From Pristiophorus japonicus (taxonomy: Eukaryota): DNA of 64,000 nt. This document shows, in pieces, positions 1 to 23,139 of the stretch (its first letter is position 1; every line of letters starts with the position of its first letter). The stretch covers positions 241,118,001-241,182,000 of the forward strand of contig NC_091984.1 in assembly GCF_044704955.1 (NCBI RefSeq). Direction: 5' to 3'. A program made the translations under genes and the position numbers. The notes under the pieces were generated by a model. That model worked only from the letters and a program-made list of their open reading frames with translations. It was not told the origin of the DNA and did no database searches.

Positions 1-105
1 CTAATTAAACCCTTTGTCCTCCTCTGCTGAATTCTACATTTCTCCCAGTCCTCAGGTTTGCTGCTTTTTCTGGCTAGTTTATATGCCTCTTCCTTGGGTT
101 GCAAG
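1..105 (-). mobile_element. CR1-type LINE fragment (ORF2 piece)
   Basis: Near-identical to 47150-47250 inside the minus-strand CR1 copy of this window. Confidence 0.7.
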
Positions 106-444
106 GGGGGTGTGGGTGGAGAGCGATACGAGGACGTGGTCAGAGATGGCCTTACCTGCGATGGACACGATGGGAGTAGCGAGGCCACGAGAGATGGCAA
201 GGTCGAGGGGGTGGCCGGGAGCTTACATGGAGGGAGAGACTAAGGGAGGACAGGAGAAAGGGGAACTCAGTCTAATCCCAGTCTAATCCCAGTCCTTTTG
301 AGAATTCCACATTCCAATCTCTCAGCATAGCTTTCCCCTCCCTCCCCTTTAATGTTTTTGTGTTTTGCCGACATAAACCCGCCCGCTCGGTGTTAAAGGG
401 GAGGTGCCGGCGGAGTGCCTCCTGGCGGCCGGTAGGCGAATTAC

Positions 445-457
445 CTTCATCGTTCAT
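445..457 (-). CDS. EIF2B1: eIF2B subunit alpha, coding exon 1 (gene continues left of window)
   Basis: Minus strand gcgccATGAACGATGAAG|gtaatt: 13-nt phase-1 exon MNDE(E), matching the size and N-terminus I recall for vertebrate EIF2B1; head-to-head with GTF2H3 as in the human locus. Confidence 0.8.
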
Positions 458-1069
458 GGCGCACTCCCGCTCCCGGAGCCGCGCTCTCTCCCTCTGGATC
501 CCGGGCTGTGGTGCAGTGCCGGGCGGCCGGAGGGTGGTGTGAGGTCCCGGGCGGAGGTCGGTGAGGTCCCGGGCGGAGGGGTCCCGGGCGGAGGGCGGTG
601 TGAGGGCCGGTATCGGGCGGAGGGCGGTGTGAGGTCCCGGGCGGCGGGCGGTGAGGGCCGGTCCCGGGCGGAGGGCGGTGTGAGGGCCGGTCCCGGGCGG
701 AGGGCGGAGGGCGGTGTGAGGGCCGGTCCCGGGCGGAGGGCGGTGTGAGGGCCGGTATCGGGCGGTGTGAGGAGCCGCGCGGCCGCTGACGGACAGCCGG
801 AAGTTGCCTTCACCCACAGGCCGTGTACCGCCCTAAACCCTCCCCCGACAACAAGGGCCGCCGCACGAGGCCCGCCGCCCGGCCCCGCGCCTCCCTTTAA
901 TACTCAGCCGATGTGAGTCTGCCGCTGGTTGGGCAAAGCTCCCGAGCCGCAGGATGCGAGTGCCAGCAGTGACACAGTTACAGCGGGAGCTTTGTGTAAC
1001 GGGCCCGACCTGCGGCTCGGCGCTCACCCGGCCCCAGTTCAGTGTGGCGCCAGGGTGCGGGCGGGCGGG
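458..1069. promoter_or_regulatory. CpG-island bidirectional promoter/5'UTRs shared by EIF2B1 and GTF2H3
   Basis: Divergent ATGs at 457(-) and 1070(+); very GC/CpG-rich; many GGGCGG boxes; ETS-type CCGGAAGT at 797-804. Confidence 0.75.
522..770 (+). repeat. GC-rich minisatellite (about 22-29 bp units, gggcggagggcggtgtgagggccggtccc)
   Basis: Imperfect tandem units visible directly. Confidence 0.85.
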
Positions 1070-11751
<10,682 letters not shown>

Positions 11752-12043
11752 CACCAGAGAGCAGGAATCATTCAGTGGGCCCTTTTCCCATTGGAACCTT
11801 CCGCTTTTACCTGCCACAGGCATCCACTGCAGTCAGTGCAATAATCTAGATACTGGTGCCAAAACTTCCACTTCTTCTGCAGCCGATATAAGGGCAGGAG
11901 GAGCGAGTTCAAACTGGCACAGGGTGTTAAACTCTTATTTATTGCGCTGTGGTTGAAATATGTACAGATTTGGAAACTTTTTTTTAAACAAGCTTCTCTA
12001 ACCGATTTGTTGTCACTTTTTGTAAATGCTCCGTTGGTTAGAG

Positions 12044-12049
12044 AATAAA
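12044..12049 (+). terminator. Probable GTF2H3 polyadenylation signal
   Basis: First AATAAA about 290 nt after the stop codon. Confidence 0.6.
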
Positions 12050-12399
12050 CACACAGTACGGATCGCGCTCAGGAAAATCCGTTACTGGAATCAGAAACCC
12101 ACTGCTTCCACATCATGATTTAGAATGACTTCTGTCCCCTGTTTCAACTCTTTCCCCAGCAGAGGGAGCAGAATCCCGCTCTCAGGAGCCTGCTGTTGGT
12201 CAGACTCTGGATCCTCTCTCTTTCCAGCATCAGCTCCCAGTTCAAACCAGCACGTTGAGGTGTGAGGGAATGGAATTTGTTTCCTTTGGGGAAATTTCTG
12301 TCCCCTGGTGTTGTGATCCGAAGAGAGAGAATTCTTATCTCCAGGTGGATTTTATTAAAAGTTCTGGATCCAGGTGCCAAGTGTTGTTCCATTGAACAT

Positions 12400-12850
12400 A
12401 AGAAATAGAAACATAGAAAATAGGTGCAGGAGTAGGCCATTCGGCCCTTCGAGCCTGCACCGCCATTCAATAAGATCATGGCTGATCATCACCTCAGTAC
12501 CCCTTTCCTGTTTTCTCTCCATACCCCTTGATCCCTTTAGCCGTAAGGACCATATCTAACTCCCTCTTGAATATATCCAATGAACTGGCATCAACAACTC
12601 TCTGCGGTAGAGAATTCCACAGGTTAACAACTCAGTGAAGAAGTTTCTCCTCATCTCAGTCCTAAATGGCTTACCCCTTATCCTTCGACTGTGTCCCCTG
12701 GTTCTGGATTTCCCCATCATCAGGAACATTCTACCCGCATCTAACCTGTCCCGTCCCGTCAATATTTTATATGTTTCTATGAGATCCCCTCTCATTCTTC
12801 TAAATTCCAGTGAATACAGACCCAGTCGATCCAGTTTCTCCTCACATGTC
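12400..12850 (-). mobile_element. CR1-type LINE 3' end
   Basis: [25 protein letters not shown]2 C-terminus and ttctatgt-type tail. Confidence 0.85.
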
Positions 12851-12854
12851 AGTC

Positions 12855-15405
12855 CCGGGAATAGGAGCAGGAGTTAGCCATTTGGCCCTTCGAGCCTGCT
12901 CCGCCATTCAATAAGATCATGGCTAATCTGATCATGGACTCAGCTCCATCATCATAGGCAGTCCCTCGGAATCGAGGAAGACTTGCTTCCACTCTAAATA
13001 TTAGTCCTTAAGGGCTGAACAGTCCAAAACGAGAACCATAGGTGGGACAGATAGTCATTGAGGAAAAGGGTGGGTCGGACAGGTTTGCCGCACGCTCTTT
13101 CTGCTGCCTGCGCTTGATTTCTGCATGCTCTCTGTGATGAGACTCGAGGTGCTCGGCGCCTTCCCAGATACACTTCCTCCACTTAGAGCGGCGTTTGGCC
13201 TGGGTCTCCCAGATGTCAATGGGGTGTTGCATTTTATCAGGGAGGCTTTGAAGGTGTCCTTGTACTGTTTCCTCTGCCCACCTTTGGCCCGTTTGCCATG
13301 AAGGAGTTCTGAGTAGAGCGCTTGCTTTGGGAGTCTTTGGTCTGGCATGCGGACAATGTGGCCTGCCCAGCGGAGCTGATCGAGTGTGGTCAGTGCTTCA
13401 ATGCTGGGGATGTTGGCCTGATCGAGGATACTAACGTTGGTGCGTCTGTCCTCCCAAGGGATTTGCAAGATCTTGCGGAGACATTGGTGGTGGTATTTCT
13501 CCAGCGACTTGAGGTGTCCACATTATCCATGTCTCAGCCATATAGGAGGGAAGTTATTACTGCAGCCCTGTAGACCATGAGCTTGGTGGCAGATTTGAGG
13601 GCCTGGTCTTTGAACACTCTTTTCCTCAGGCGGCTGAAGGCTGCACTGGCGCACTGGAGGCGGTGTTGAATCTCGTCGTCAATGTCTGCTCTTGTTGATA
13701 AGAGGCTCCTGAGGTATGGAAAGTGGTCCACGTTGTCCAAGGCCGCACCGTGGATCTTGATGACTGGGGGGCAGTGCTGTGCGGTGAGGACAGGCTGCTG
13801 GAAGACCTTTGTCTTACGGATGTTTAGCATAAGGCCCATGCTTTCGTACGCCTCACTAAATACGTCGACTATGACTTGGAGTTCAACCTCTATGTGCGCA
13901 GACGCGGACTGTAGCTCAACGACAGAGGTTGGGGGGGTCTTGGACCTGGCCTGGAGACGGCAACGGTTGAACAGGTTCCCACTGGTTCTGTAGTTTCGTT
14001 CCACTCCGGGGAGCTTGTTGACTGTGAGGTAGAGCATAGCAGCGAGGAAGATGGAGAAGGGGGTTGGGGCATTGGCGCAGCCCTGTTTGGACGTGGATTG
14101 GATTCGTTGGTAAGGATCACGGCCTGCATGTCGTCGTGGAGCAGGCGGAGGATGGTGATGAACTTTTGGGGTATCCGAAACGGAGGAGGAAGCTCTACTT
14201 CCCTGCCTGCTCCCCATGACCTTTTATTCCTTTACCGCTCAAAAATCTGTATCTTCACCTTAAATAGATTCAATGACCCAGCCTCCATAGCTCTCTGGGG
14301 CAGAGAATTCCACAGATTTACAACTCTGAGAAGAAATTCCTCCTCGTCTCAGTTTTAAGTGGGTGAGCCCTTATTCTGTGACTATGTCCCCTACCATCAG
14401 TGGAAATATCCTCTCTGCATCCGCCTTGTCGAGCCCCCTCATTATCTTATATGTTTCGATAAGATCGCCTCTCATTCTTCTGAACTCCAATGTGTATGGG
14501 CCCAACCTACTGAATCTATCTTCATAAGTCAACCTCCTCATTTCCGGAATCAACCTAGTGAACCTTCTCTGAACAAACTTAAATACGGAGACCAAAAGTG
14601 TACGCAGTACTCCACGTGTGTCCTCACCAATACTCTGTACAGTTGTAGCAGGACTTCTCTGCTTTTATACTCTATCCCCCTTGCAATAAAGGCCAACACT
14701 CCATTTGCCTTCCTGATCACTTGCTGTACCTGCATACTAACTTTTTATGTTTCATGCACAAGGGCCCCCAGGTCCCTCTGTACTGCAGCACTTTGCAATT
14801 TTTCTCCATTTAAATTACAATTTGCTTTTTTATTTTTTTCTGCCAAAGTGGATAACCTCACATTTTCCCATTATACTCCATCTGCCAAATGTTTGCCCAC
14901 TCACTTAGCCTGTCTGTATCCCTGTGCAAATGTTTTGTGTCCTCACAATTTGCTCTCCCATCCATCTTTGTATCATCAGCAAACTTGGCTACATTACACT
15001 TGGTCCCTTAATCCAAGTCATTAATATAGATTGTAAATAGTTGAGGCCCCAGCACCAATCCCTGTGGCACCCCACTAGTCACTGTTTGGCAACCGGAAAA
15101 TTATCCATTTATCCCGACTCCCTGTTTTCTGTTAGTTAGCCAATCCTCTATGCTTGCTGATATGACCCCAATCCCGTGAACTTTTATCTGGTGCACCTTT
15201 TATGTGGCACCTCATCAAATGCCTTCTGGAAATCCAAATACACCACATCCACTGGTTCCCCCTTATCCACCCTGCTTGTTACATCCTCAAAGAACTCCAG
15301 CAAATTTGTCAAATTTTCCTTTCATAAAACCATGCTGGCTCTGCTTGACTGAATTATGCTTTTCCAAATGTCCTGCTACTGCTTCCTTAATAATGGACTC
15401 CAACA
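12855..15405 (-). mobile_element. 5'-truncated CR1-type LINE interrupted by an RTE element
   Basis: Degenerate RT pieces ([30 protein letters not shown]); 3'UTR split at agctc. Confidence 0.8.
12948..14190 (-). mobile_element. RTE-clade LINE, 5'-truncated, nested in CR1
   Basis: RT C-terminal motifs (LNIRKTKV, VDHFPYL, QLRWAGHIVRMPD.RLPKQ), (atg)n tail, apparent TSD agctc. Confidence 0.8.
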
Positions 15406-17236
15406 TTGAATGGGGGATCAGTTTACTGTCCTCATTCACAAGGTGAGTATGGAGGGGCTGCCTAACGGAGGCAGTGTGTGAACGGCCTCCTGCACACTTC
15501 CCAGCCTCAACTTTATCATCCCAGCAATTGTCTGGCACAGGAAGAGGGAGGGAAAACAATGGGAAAGAGAAAAGGTATAACTGCTGGTTTTCAGAAAATC
15601 CTTTTGGACAGAAGGGGAAATGTCTGCCCCTCACAGGGAGCAAACTGAGCAGGTGCCGAAAGGCAGAAGCAAAATACCGCGGATGCTGGGATCTGAAATA
15701 AAAACAATGCTGGAAATCCCAGTGGGTCAGGCAGCATCTGCCAAGAGAGAAACAGAGTTAACGTTTCAGGTGCATGACCCCATGATGCAGGGTTATCGAC
15801 CTGAATCGTTAACTTTTCCTCTCCACAGATGCTGTCCGACCCGCTGAGATTTCCAGTATTGGGCGCAGAAAGACTGGTTCTAAACTTCCAGTAGGGTATC
15901 CGGGCATTTCCTAAGCAAACGTGGCGTTCATCATGTGACTTTAGTTAGATGTCTGCAGTGGTGAGGACACCTGGACCAGTCCAGGTGCTGGTCAAGTATT
16001 ACCCGCACACTCGCCGCAGGCGAGGCGACAGAGACACCGATAGCGTCGGGCACTGAGTTTAGTAGAAAACATCTTGCACACAATCCAGGTAAATTACTGC
16101 ACACGTGTATATTTATTTAACAAACATCTCCCACCGTTCAGTAACCAAAGTAAAGCTTTCACAACGCTCAAAAAAACACTCGCACTTTGCTTTTTGTCTC
16201 ACCATTTTACCAACAGACGCACAAAAAGGTTATAAAGTTCCATGCACAGACTGAGGCTTGAGATCACAGGCCCAATGACAGAGTCTGTTACTTGTTTACT
16301 GATCAGAAATACAAGTAGTCACATCTGGAAGCCCAGTTTGCCACATTTGGCTAGCGGATGACGGATTGAACAACACGCCCCCAGTGTCACAGACACCGAA
16401 CCTGAATATTGTGTCCTGGGAACTGTACTCACCCTTTGCATTCCTGCACTAAAATCAGAAATGTGAGAGGCCAGCAGCTTTCAACTCATTCCCAAATTAC
16501 CATCTTTGTGCTTTTACATGGTGAAAAGTCTCATTTCCTCCATGAAAAGATTTGCCGGTGTTTTTGTGTCAAAGTTTGAAGCCAGGGCCGGCAAAGCGGA
16601 GATCTGGGAGAGAGCGGCCTCTGGTCACAAGCGTTTTACGGGAGCAGGTGCAGATGTTCTTGGGCACTGTCGCGGTGAAGTGAGCGTCTGATACCTGAAA
16701 TAATTAAAGCTTCATTGAGGGTTATTCAGTTCTAAAACTTCTCAGAGCTGTGTGCTTTGCATTTCACAAACTCATCTTAAGAATGAACGCCTATGTTCCC
16801 TACTGGCTGATTGCGGTTGTGGTTAGCTATCAGTTTGATATGTCGCTGCCTTTTATTCTATTCTTGACCTTCTCGGGCAATAAATGCCGGCATTGCGGCG
16901 ATGGCCCCATCCCAAGAATGAACAATAAATCAAATCTAATCCTGTCTCAGTATCATTTCAGGAAGTGTTCGTGTGGGCCTGTCGAGCTCAGAATCTTGGC
17001 AAGCCCAGTATTTTAATCCCGACTGAACCTATTCCGGTGGCACCTTTCCGTTCTCACTGTACTCTGCCCGAGAGAAACGGGCTGTGTTTAAATCCACCCA
17101 GCCACGGAAGGAGCTGTGAGCGGAGACCAGCCATGTGTTCCACAGCTGCTGGCTGGTTACAGAATCCTCCGAAATGGTTACTCTCACGCCTAGGGGGGAT
17201 GAGGCTTTGTGGGTGGAAGGGAAAAGCCAGATCGAG

Positions 17237-19204
17237 CTAAAAGGTGGGAGTGAAGAATAACTGTTTGCCAACCCGCTTGAAGTTACACCACCGGTTTCGG
17301 TTTGGATTTACGCTTACCTTTAAGAGTTTGGATTTGGTGTCGGTGACCTGTGACCTGGCATCAGGTGGGCACTTCTCCAGGTGTTGTGGCCCTGTGCCAT
17401 TGTTTCTGGCAGGGGCAGAGAGGGTGACGCTGGAGGCAGTTGCCACCAGGGGTTTATTGGGAGGGCAGGGTGGGTGTGGAGGGGCAGTCCATCTGTTGCC
17501 TCTGGGAGCCAGTTTCCTTCTCATTAGGAGAGCGAAGCTCTGCCGTTCTTCATTCAGCTGCCGCAGTCGGGTTCGTTTTTGGTACTCCAGCCTCCTCAAG
17601 TTCTAAAATGGAGACCAAATTATCAAGTTTTTAAAAGATTCATTCACAGGATGTAGGTGTCGCTGGCAAGGCCTGCATTTATTGCCCATCCCTAATTGTC
17701 CTTAACTGAATTTCAGGACAGCTTCAGAATCACACATTGCTGTGTGTCTGGAGTCACATATAGGCCCAGATTTCCTTCCCTAAAGGACATTAGTGAACCA
17801 GATCTCGCCATTACCTGATACTAGCTTTTTTATTCAAGATTTATTTAATTATTTTCTTGGATAATGAGTTTCAGACTCTAGATTTAGTTACTCCAACGAT
17901 CTCCTTGTTAGCTTCCCATCCTCCACCCTCTATAAAATCCATTTTGTCCAAAACCCTGCTGCCCCCATCTTATCCCACACCACATCCCTCTTGCCCATCA
18001 TTACCTCCCTTGTGGGCCTGCAGTGGCTCCCAGTCTCCCAACTCTTGAAATGTAAAACTCTTGTCCTTTAAATCTCCCATGACATCATCCCCGATCTCTG
18101 TTCGATCCTCCGACCCTACAGTCCTTGGCCAGATAGCCACCAAACTCCATTCCTCATCTGTTGCACACTCTCCTTCCCTTCACCTAACCCGATCTCCTTC
18201 CCGCCCCGAGCCTCTCCCTTGGCAGTTCAGCTGGATGTAGAAGATGCTGCTGCACTATTTGAAAGGTGCCCTGACTGACATTCCGCCCTCACTCACCCAC
18301 CCACAACATTAACTGCTCATTCAGCTCACGTGTTGGTTACCAGGCTCTTGACTGCAATGTTTGCCTGAAAAAAACAATGCGCTTTCGGTCAAAAGTTGTC
18401 CATTTGTTGGAAACTGCTTTGGGATGTCCTGAGGGTGTGATAAGGTGCTATATAAATTAAAGTTCTTTCTTACCTGTCCTCCAAAAGTAGTGTGTGTGTG
18501 GAGGGTATAACACCTCTGCCATCGGTTCGAAACAGCGTGCTCAATCGCGAGAAAGAATCGGACAAAAAAAACTTGCATTTGTATAGCGCCTTTCGCAACC
18601 TCAGGATGTCACAACGATCTTTACAGCCAATGAAGTACTTTTTGAAGTGTAGTCACTGTTGTAATGTAGGAAACGCGTCTACCACTTTGCGCACAGCAAG
18701 CTCCCACAAACAGTAATGTGATAATCACCGGATAATCTGTTTGAGGGATAAATATTGGCCCAGGACACCGGGGAGAACTTCTCTTCGAGCAGTGCCATGG
18801 GATCTTTGACGTCCACCGAAGGGGGCAGACAGGGTCTCGGTTTAACATCTCATCCGAGAGACGCCCTCAGCATGGCACTGGGAGTGTCAGCCTGGATTAT
18901 GTGCTCAAGTCTCTGCTCTCGGAGACCAGAGTGCTCTTGAGCCCCGACTAACAACTTAAGATCAACTCCAAGGGCCCCTCCCCCTATCTAATTTATACTC
19001 TGATTAGAGATAAGTCCGTTTTTAACACTCCCCATTTGTAGTTCCAGAGCTACCAACACTGCTTTAGTAACTAGTCCTGCAAATCTAGGCAGTGTGAGAG
19101 TTATTGGCGTTCATACTGACATCTAAAACAAATTTCAAAGTTACCTCTATCAGGGCCCTCTGGTCCTTAATAAACTGGTTGTGAACAGACTGGGGTGCTG
19201 CCAT
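17237..19204 (-). CDS. Putative uncharacterised two-coding-exon gene, about 141 aa, N-terminal basic coiled-coil-like helix
   Basis: complement(join(17237-17602,19145-19204)): ataATGG Kozak; GAG|gtaact donor and ccattttag|AAC acceptor both phase 0; MAAPQSVHNQFIKDQRALIE+NLRRLEYQKRTRLRQLNEERQSFALLMRRKL...PTF*; exons repeat-free while the intron holds SINE/LINE relics. Confidence 0.6.
18570..18945 (-). mobile_element. SINE (Deu-domain/SacSINE1-like)
   Basis: Reverse complement of the SINE seen at 4870-5345. Confidence 0.75.
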
Positions 19205-20759
19205 TATATCAGCAACGCAAAGAGAATAGACTGGGTCGTTTTTGCATAAGAAGGACAAAGACAGTCGAATGCTGGTTTCTAAATCAGTTGCCATCCTTGG
19301 AACAGGACATAAAGTGCGTTTTAACTCACGGTCCATGGGTACAAAATACTCGCAACATCCAACAGGGAGTGAAGTAGAGCAAGAGCTGGGGCAGACTGAA
19401 GGACTCATTCAGTGGGACGGAAGTGAGGGAGCAGGAATTTATCAGCAGGAAATCGGTCGGTTAAAAAGGTGGTTTTAACTGGATTTAACATGCACCGAAC
19501 CAATTCAGAGGTTTATGTCAACTGTTAGCATTTTTTATTGGTGTTAAACATTACTCAGAGGATTAACAAGTACCAGCTTGTCCATTTTATTGGCATTGGG
19601 AGTTAGGGGAATATCTGCTTTCAAGCCCAGCATCTGGAAGAGGTCAGCGTTTTATTGTGAATCTGGATACGTTGATCTTTTTCTGTGATGTTCCTCATCT
19701 AAACAAAGGAAATAAAAACTGCAGCATTTACTGTTGGATCAAATTATTTTTCTATGTTTATCTTACTGGAGCAGATTCCAGTTTATTGAGCATAATCCGC
19801 TGTCTGACTCAGCGCCCTTCTGTGTGGAGCTGAGCACAGGTTGAAACAGCTGGTGCAGTCTGTTAATACTCATTGTTCGGGCTCGGGACACAACCAAACA
19901 ACTCACTGATACCATCGCAACTCAATGTGAACTAAACACATTGGGGGGAAATACTTTGGTGCAAACGCAACTATTAAAGTAAGTGTTACGACAGGGCGTG
20001 ATCTGACTGCTGGGATTCACTGCAGGATTGGTGGATTAAATATTAATATAGATTCGCAGCAGTGACACTGCTCCCCCCAGCCGAGAACCACACACAGAGT
20101 TAGTCAATAACTGGAGCTTGAAGAATTGTAATTATCTCGGTTCTGTTGTCACTCTCTCTCGGTGCCGCATCAGAAAAACGCAAGATAATTACAGAAAAGG
20201 AAGCCAGACAGCCCAGTGTGGTTCATCCTTCCAGACATTCCCTTTTTCCCCCATCAATTATTTCTTAAATAATTCCAGGGTTTTTTTGTCTTCAGAGTTG
20301 TCCAACAGAAATTGCTGACTAGTCACAGGTGTGGTTACAGTGACATTATTTTAGCTTCGTACACTAATGTTAGTGGGAGCAGCTGACACTACAGGTACAT
20401 GTACACCATCATTTACTTAACAAACAAATATCGGGAGGGTCAGTAACCGCAGGACCACGCGTTATCTGTAAAACCACTTCCCTTCAAATGATGCCACTTC
20501 TGCCCCAGTCAGGAACCGGTCTAACTCCCTCTCTTAGAGAGAGAGTCGGCACCCACCGCACCAGCCGGCAAAACATTCCAGAGACTCATACTCTGGAAAA
20601 AGCAGAACTGCCCAGCATTCAGTCTATTCCTACTCTTACACAGTTTAAACTCGTGTTCCCTTTCCTCCCCAATCTATCAAACTGTAAAGAACTTCATAGA
20701 CAATTAATTATTTTGAAGCATTTTTTTCGTGTGAAAATAAACAACCATCCTGCACATAG

Positions 20760-21005
20760 CAAGGCTTAACAAACAACGATGAGATGAATAACCAGTTAAT
20801 TTGTTTCTGAGTTGGCCAGGTCACCGGGGGAAATTCTCTGCTCTCTCTCTGAGTAGTGCAGTGGGATCTTGGATTTCTACCTGAATAGGCAGATGAGACC
20901 CGACTTATCCATTAAACAACACCCATGAAAATGCAGCATTCAGTACTGCACTGGAGTGTCGGCTTAGGTTATGTGCTCAAACGCTGGAGTGGGCCTTGAA
21001 CCCAT
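20760..21005 (-). mobile_element. Diverged SINE, partial
   Basis: cagtactgcactggagtgtcggc..gtgctcaa body and reversed B box ttgaaccc. Confidence 0.6.
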
Positions 21006-21011
21006 CACTTG

Positions 21012-22072
21012 CTCGGGATAAATGGGTCATTTTCAGGTTGGCAAACTGTAACTAGTGGGGTGCCACAGGGATCGGTGCTGGGGCCTCAACTCTTTACAAT
21101 TTATAGTAATGACTTGGATGAAGGGACCGTGTGTAATGTAGCCAAATTTGCTAATAGTACAAAGATAGGTGGGAAAGCAAGTTGTGAGCAGGATGCAAAT
21201 AATCTACAAAAGGATATAGACAGGCTAAGTGAGTGAGCAAAAATTTGGCAGATGGAGTATAATGTGGGAAAATGTGAGGTTATCCACTTTGGTAGGAAAA
21301 ATAAAAAAGCAAATTATTATTTAAATGGGGAGCGATTACAAAATGCTGCAGTACAGAGGGACCTGGGGGACCTTGTGCATGAAACACAAAACGTTAGCAT
21401 ACAGGTACAGCAAGTGATCAGGATGCCAAATAGAATGTTGGCCTTTATTGCAAGGGGGATAGAGTATAAAAGTAGGGAAGTCCTGCTCCAGCTGTACAGA
21501 GTAAGACCGCACCTGGAGTACTGCGTACATTTTTGGTCTCCTTATTTAAAGAAGGATATACTTGCATTGGAGGCAGTTCAGAGAATGTTCATGGGGTTGA
21601 TTCCTGAGATGAGGGGGTTGACTTATGAAGAAAGGTTGAGCAGGTTGGGCCTATACCCATTGGAGTTTAGAAGAATGAGAGGTGATCTTATTGAAACATA
21701 TAAGATTCTGAGGGGTCTTGACAGGGTAGATGCAGAGAGGATGTTTCCCCTCGTGGGGGAATCTAGAACTAGGGGCATAGTTTCAGAATAAGGAGTCGTC
21801 CATTTAAAACAGAAATGAGGAGGAATTTCTTCTCTCAGAGGGTCATGAATCTTTGGATTTCTCCCAGAGAGCTGTGGAGGCTGGGTCTTTGAATATATTT
21901 AAGGTGGAGATAGGCAGATTTTTGAACGATAAGGGAGTGAAGGGTTATGTGGTTCGGGCGGGGAAATGGAATTGAGGCTAGAATCAGATCAGCCACGATC
22001 TTATTGAATGGTGGAGCAGGCTCGAGGGGCCATATGGCCTACTCCTGCTCCTATTTCTTATGGTCTTATGTT
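21012..22072 (+). mobile_element. CR1-type LINE, 5'-truncated
   Basis: [13 protein letters not shown], degenerate [13 protein letters not shown], 3'UTR. Confidence 0.9.
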
Positions 22073-22270
22073 CTGCTGACTCAGAGGTGCACAAACAGCA
22101 ATTTGATAATGACCAGACCATCTATTTTTTAGTGATGTTGACTCTGGTATAAATATTGGCCATGGCACCGGGGAGAAGATTCCTGTTCTTCTTCGAAGTA
22201 GTGGGATCTTTTACATCCACCTGAGATGGCAGATGGGGCCTCAGTTTAACATGTCATCCGAAAGACTGCA

Positions 22271-22816
22271 CCTCCGACAGTGCAGTGTTCCCTCAGTACT
22301 GCCCCTCCGACAGTGTGGTGTTCCCTCAGTACTGCCCCTCCGACAGTGTGGTGTTCCCTCAGTACTGCCCCTCCGACAGTGTGGTGTTCCCTCAGTACTG
22401 CCCCTCCGACAGTGCGGCACTCCCTCAGTACTACCCCTCCGACAGTGCAGTGTTCCCTCAGTACTGCCCCTCAAACAGTGCGGCATTCCCTCAGTACTGC
22501 CCCTCTGACAGTGCAGCACTCCCTCAGTACTGCCCTTCCAATAGTGCAGCGCTCCCTCAGTACTGCCCCTCCAAAAGTGCAGCGCTCCCTCAGTACTGCC
22601 CCTCCGACAGTGCGGCACTCCCTCAGTACTACCCCTCCGACAGTGCAGTGTTCCCTCAGTACTGCCCCTCCGACAGTGCGGCATTCCCTCAGTACTACCC
22701 CTCCGACAGTGCAGTGCTCCCTCAGTACTGGCCCTCCGATAGTGCAGTGCTCCCTCAGTACTGCCCCTCCGATAGTGCAGTGCTCCCTCAGTACTGCCCC
22801 TCTGACATTGTGGCAC
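22271..22816 (+). repeat. 33-bp minisatellite, about 16 copies (more diverged)
   Basis: Direct tandem units. Confidence 0.95.
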
Positions 22817-23139
22817 TAAAAGGAGCAGAGGTACAATGGCCCGGGAGCAGCGTGGAGGAATGCCACTTCAGGGAGCAGTGCAAGCTAGTACAGGAGGGCG
22901 ACGACTTGGAGAAGGGCGATTCAAATGGATGTCACCAGAATCAAGGTCGCTGATTGGAGTGTGGGCAGGTACAGCAGGAGAGGCGGTAAGCAGCAGAGAT
23001 TGTAGAGCGACATGATCGGGGTCCAGGAGAGACGTGTGTTCTGGACCCAGAAGAGCCGAGGGCCCAGGGGCAGCACGGGCCAGCCCACACTGTAATATGT
23101 GTGTGCACTAGGTCCGTGCAGCGGAGCTGGTCTCCAGTC

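Noticed and set aside
272-817. Pro/Arg-rich ORFs over the promoter
   Set aside because: Products of the GC-rich minisatellite; only the 13-nt EIF2B1 exon is supported
17244-17606. Plus-strand 120-aa ORF
   Set aside because: Antisense shadow of the minus-strand exon; no splice or start support
18474-18550. Extra minus-strand exon for the unknown gene (CAG|gtaaga donor)
   Set aside because: No good acceptor; its ATG frame terminates quickly when spliced to 17602; abuts a SINE tail
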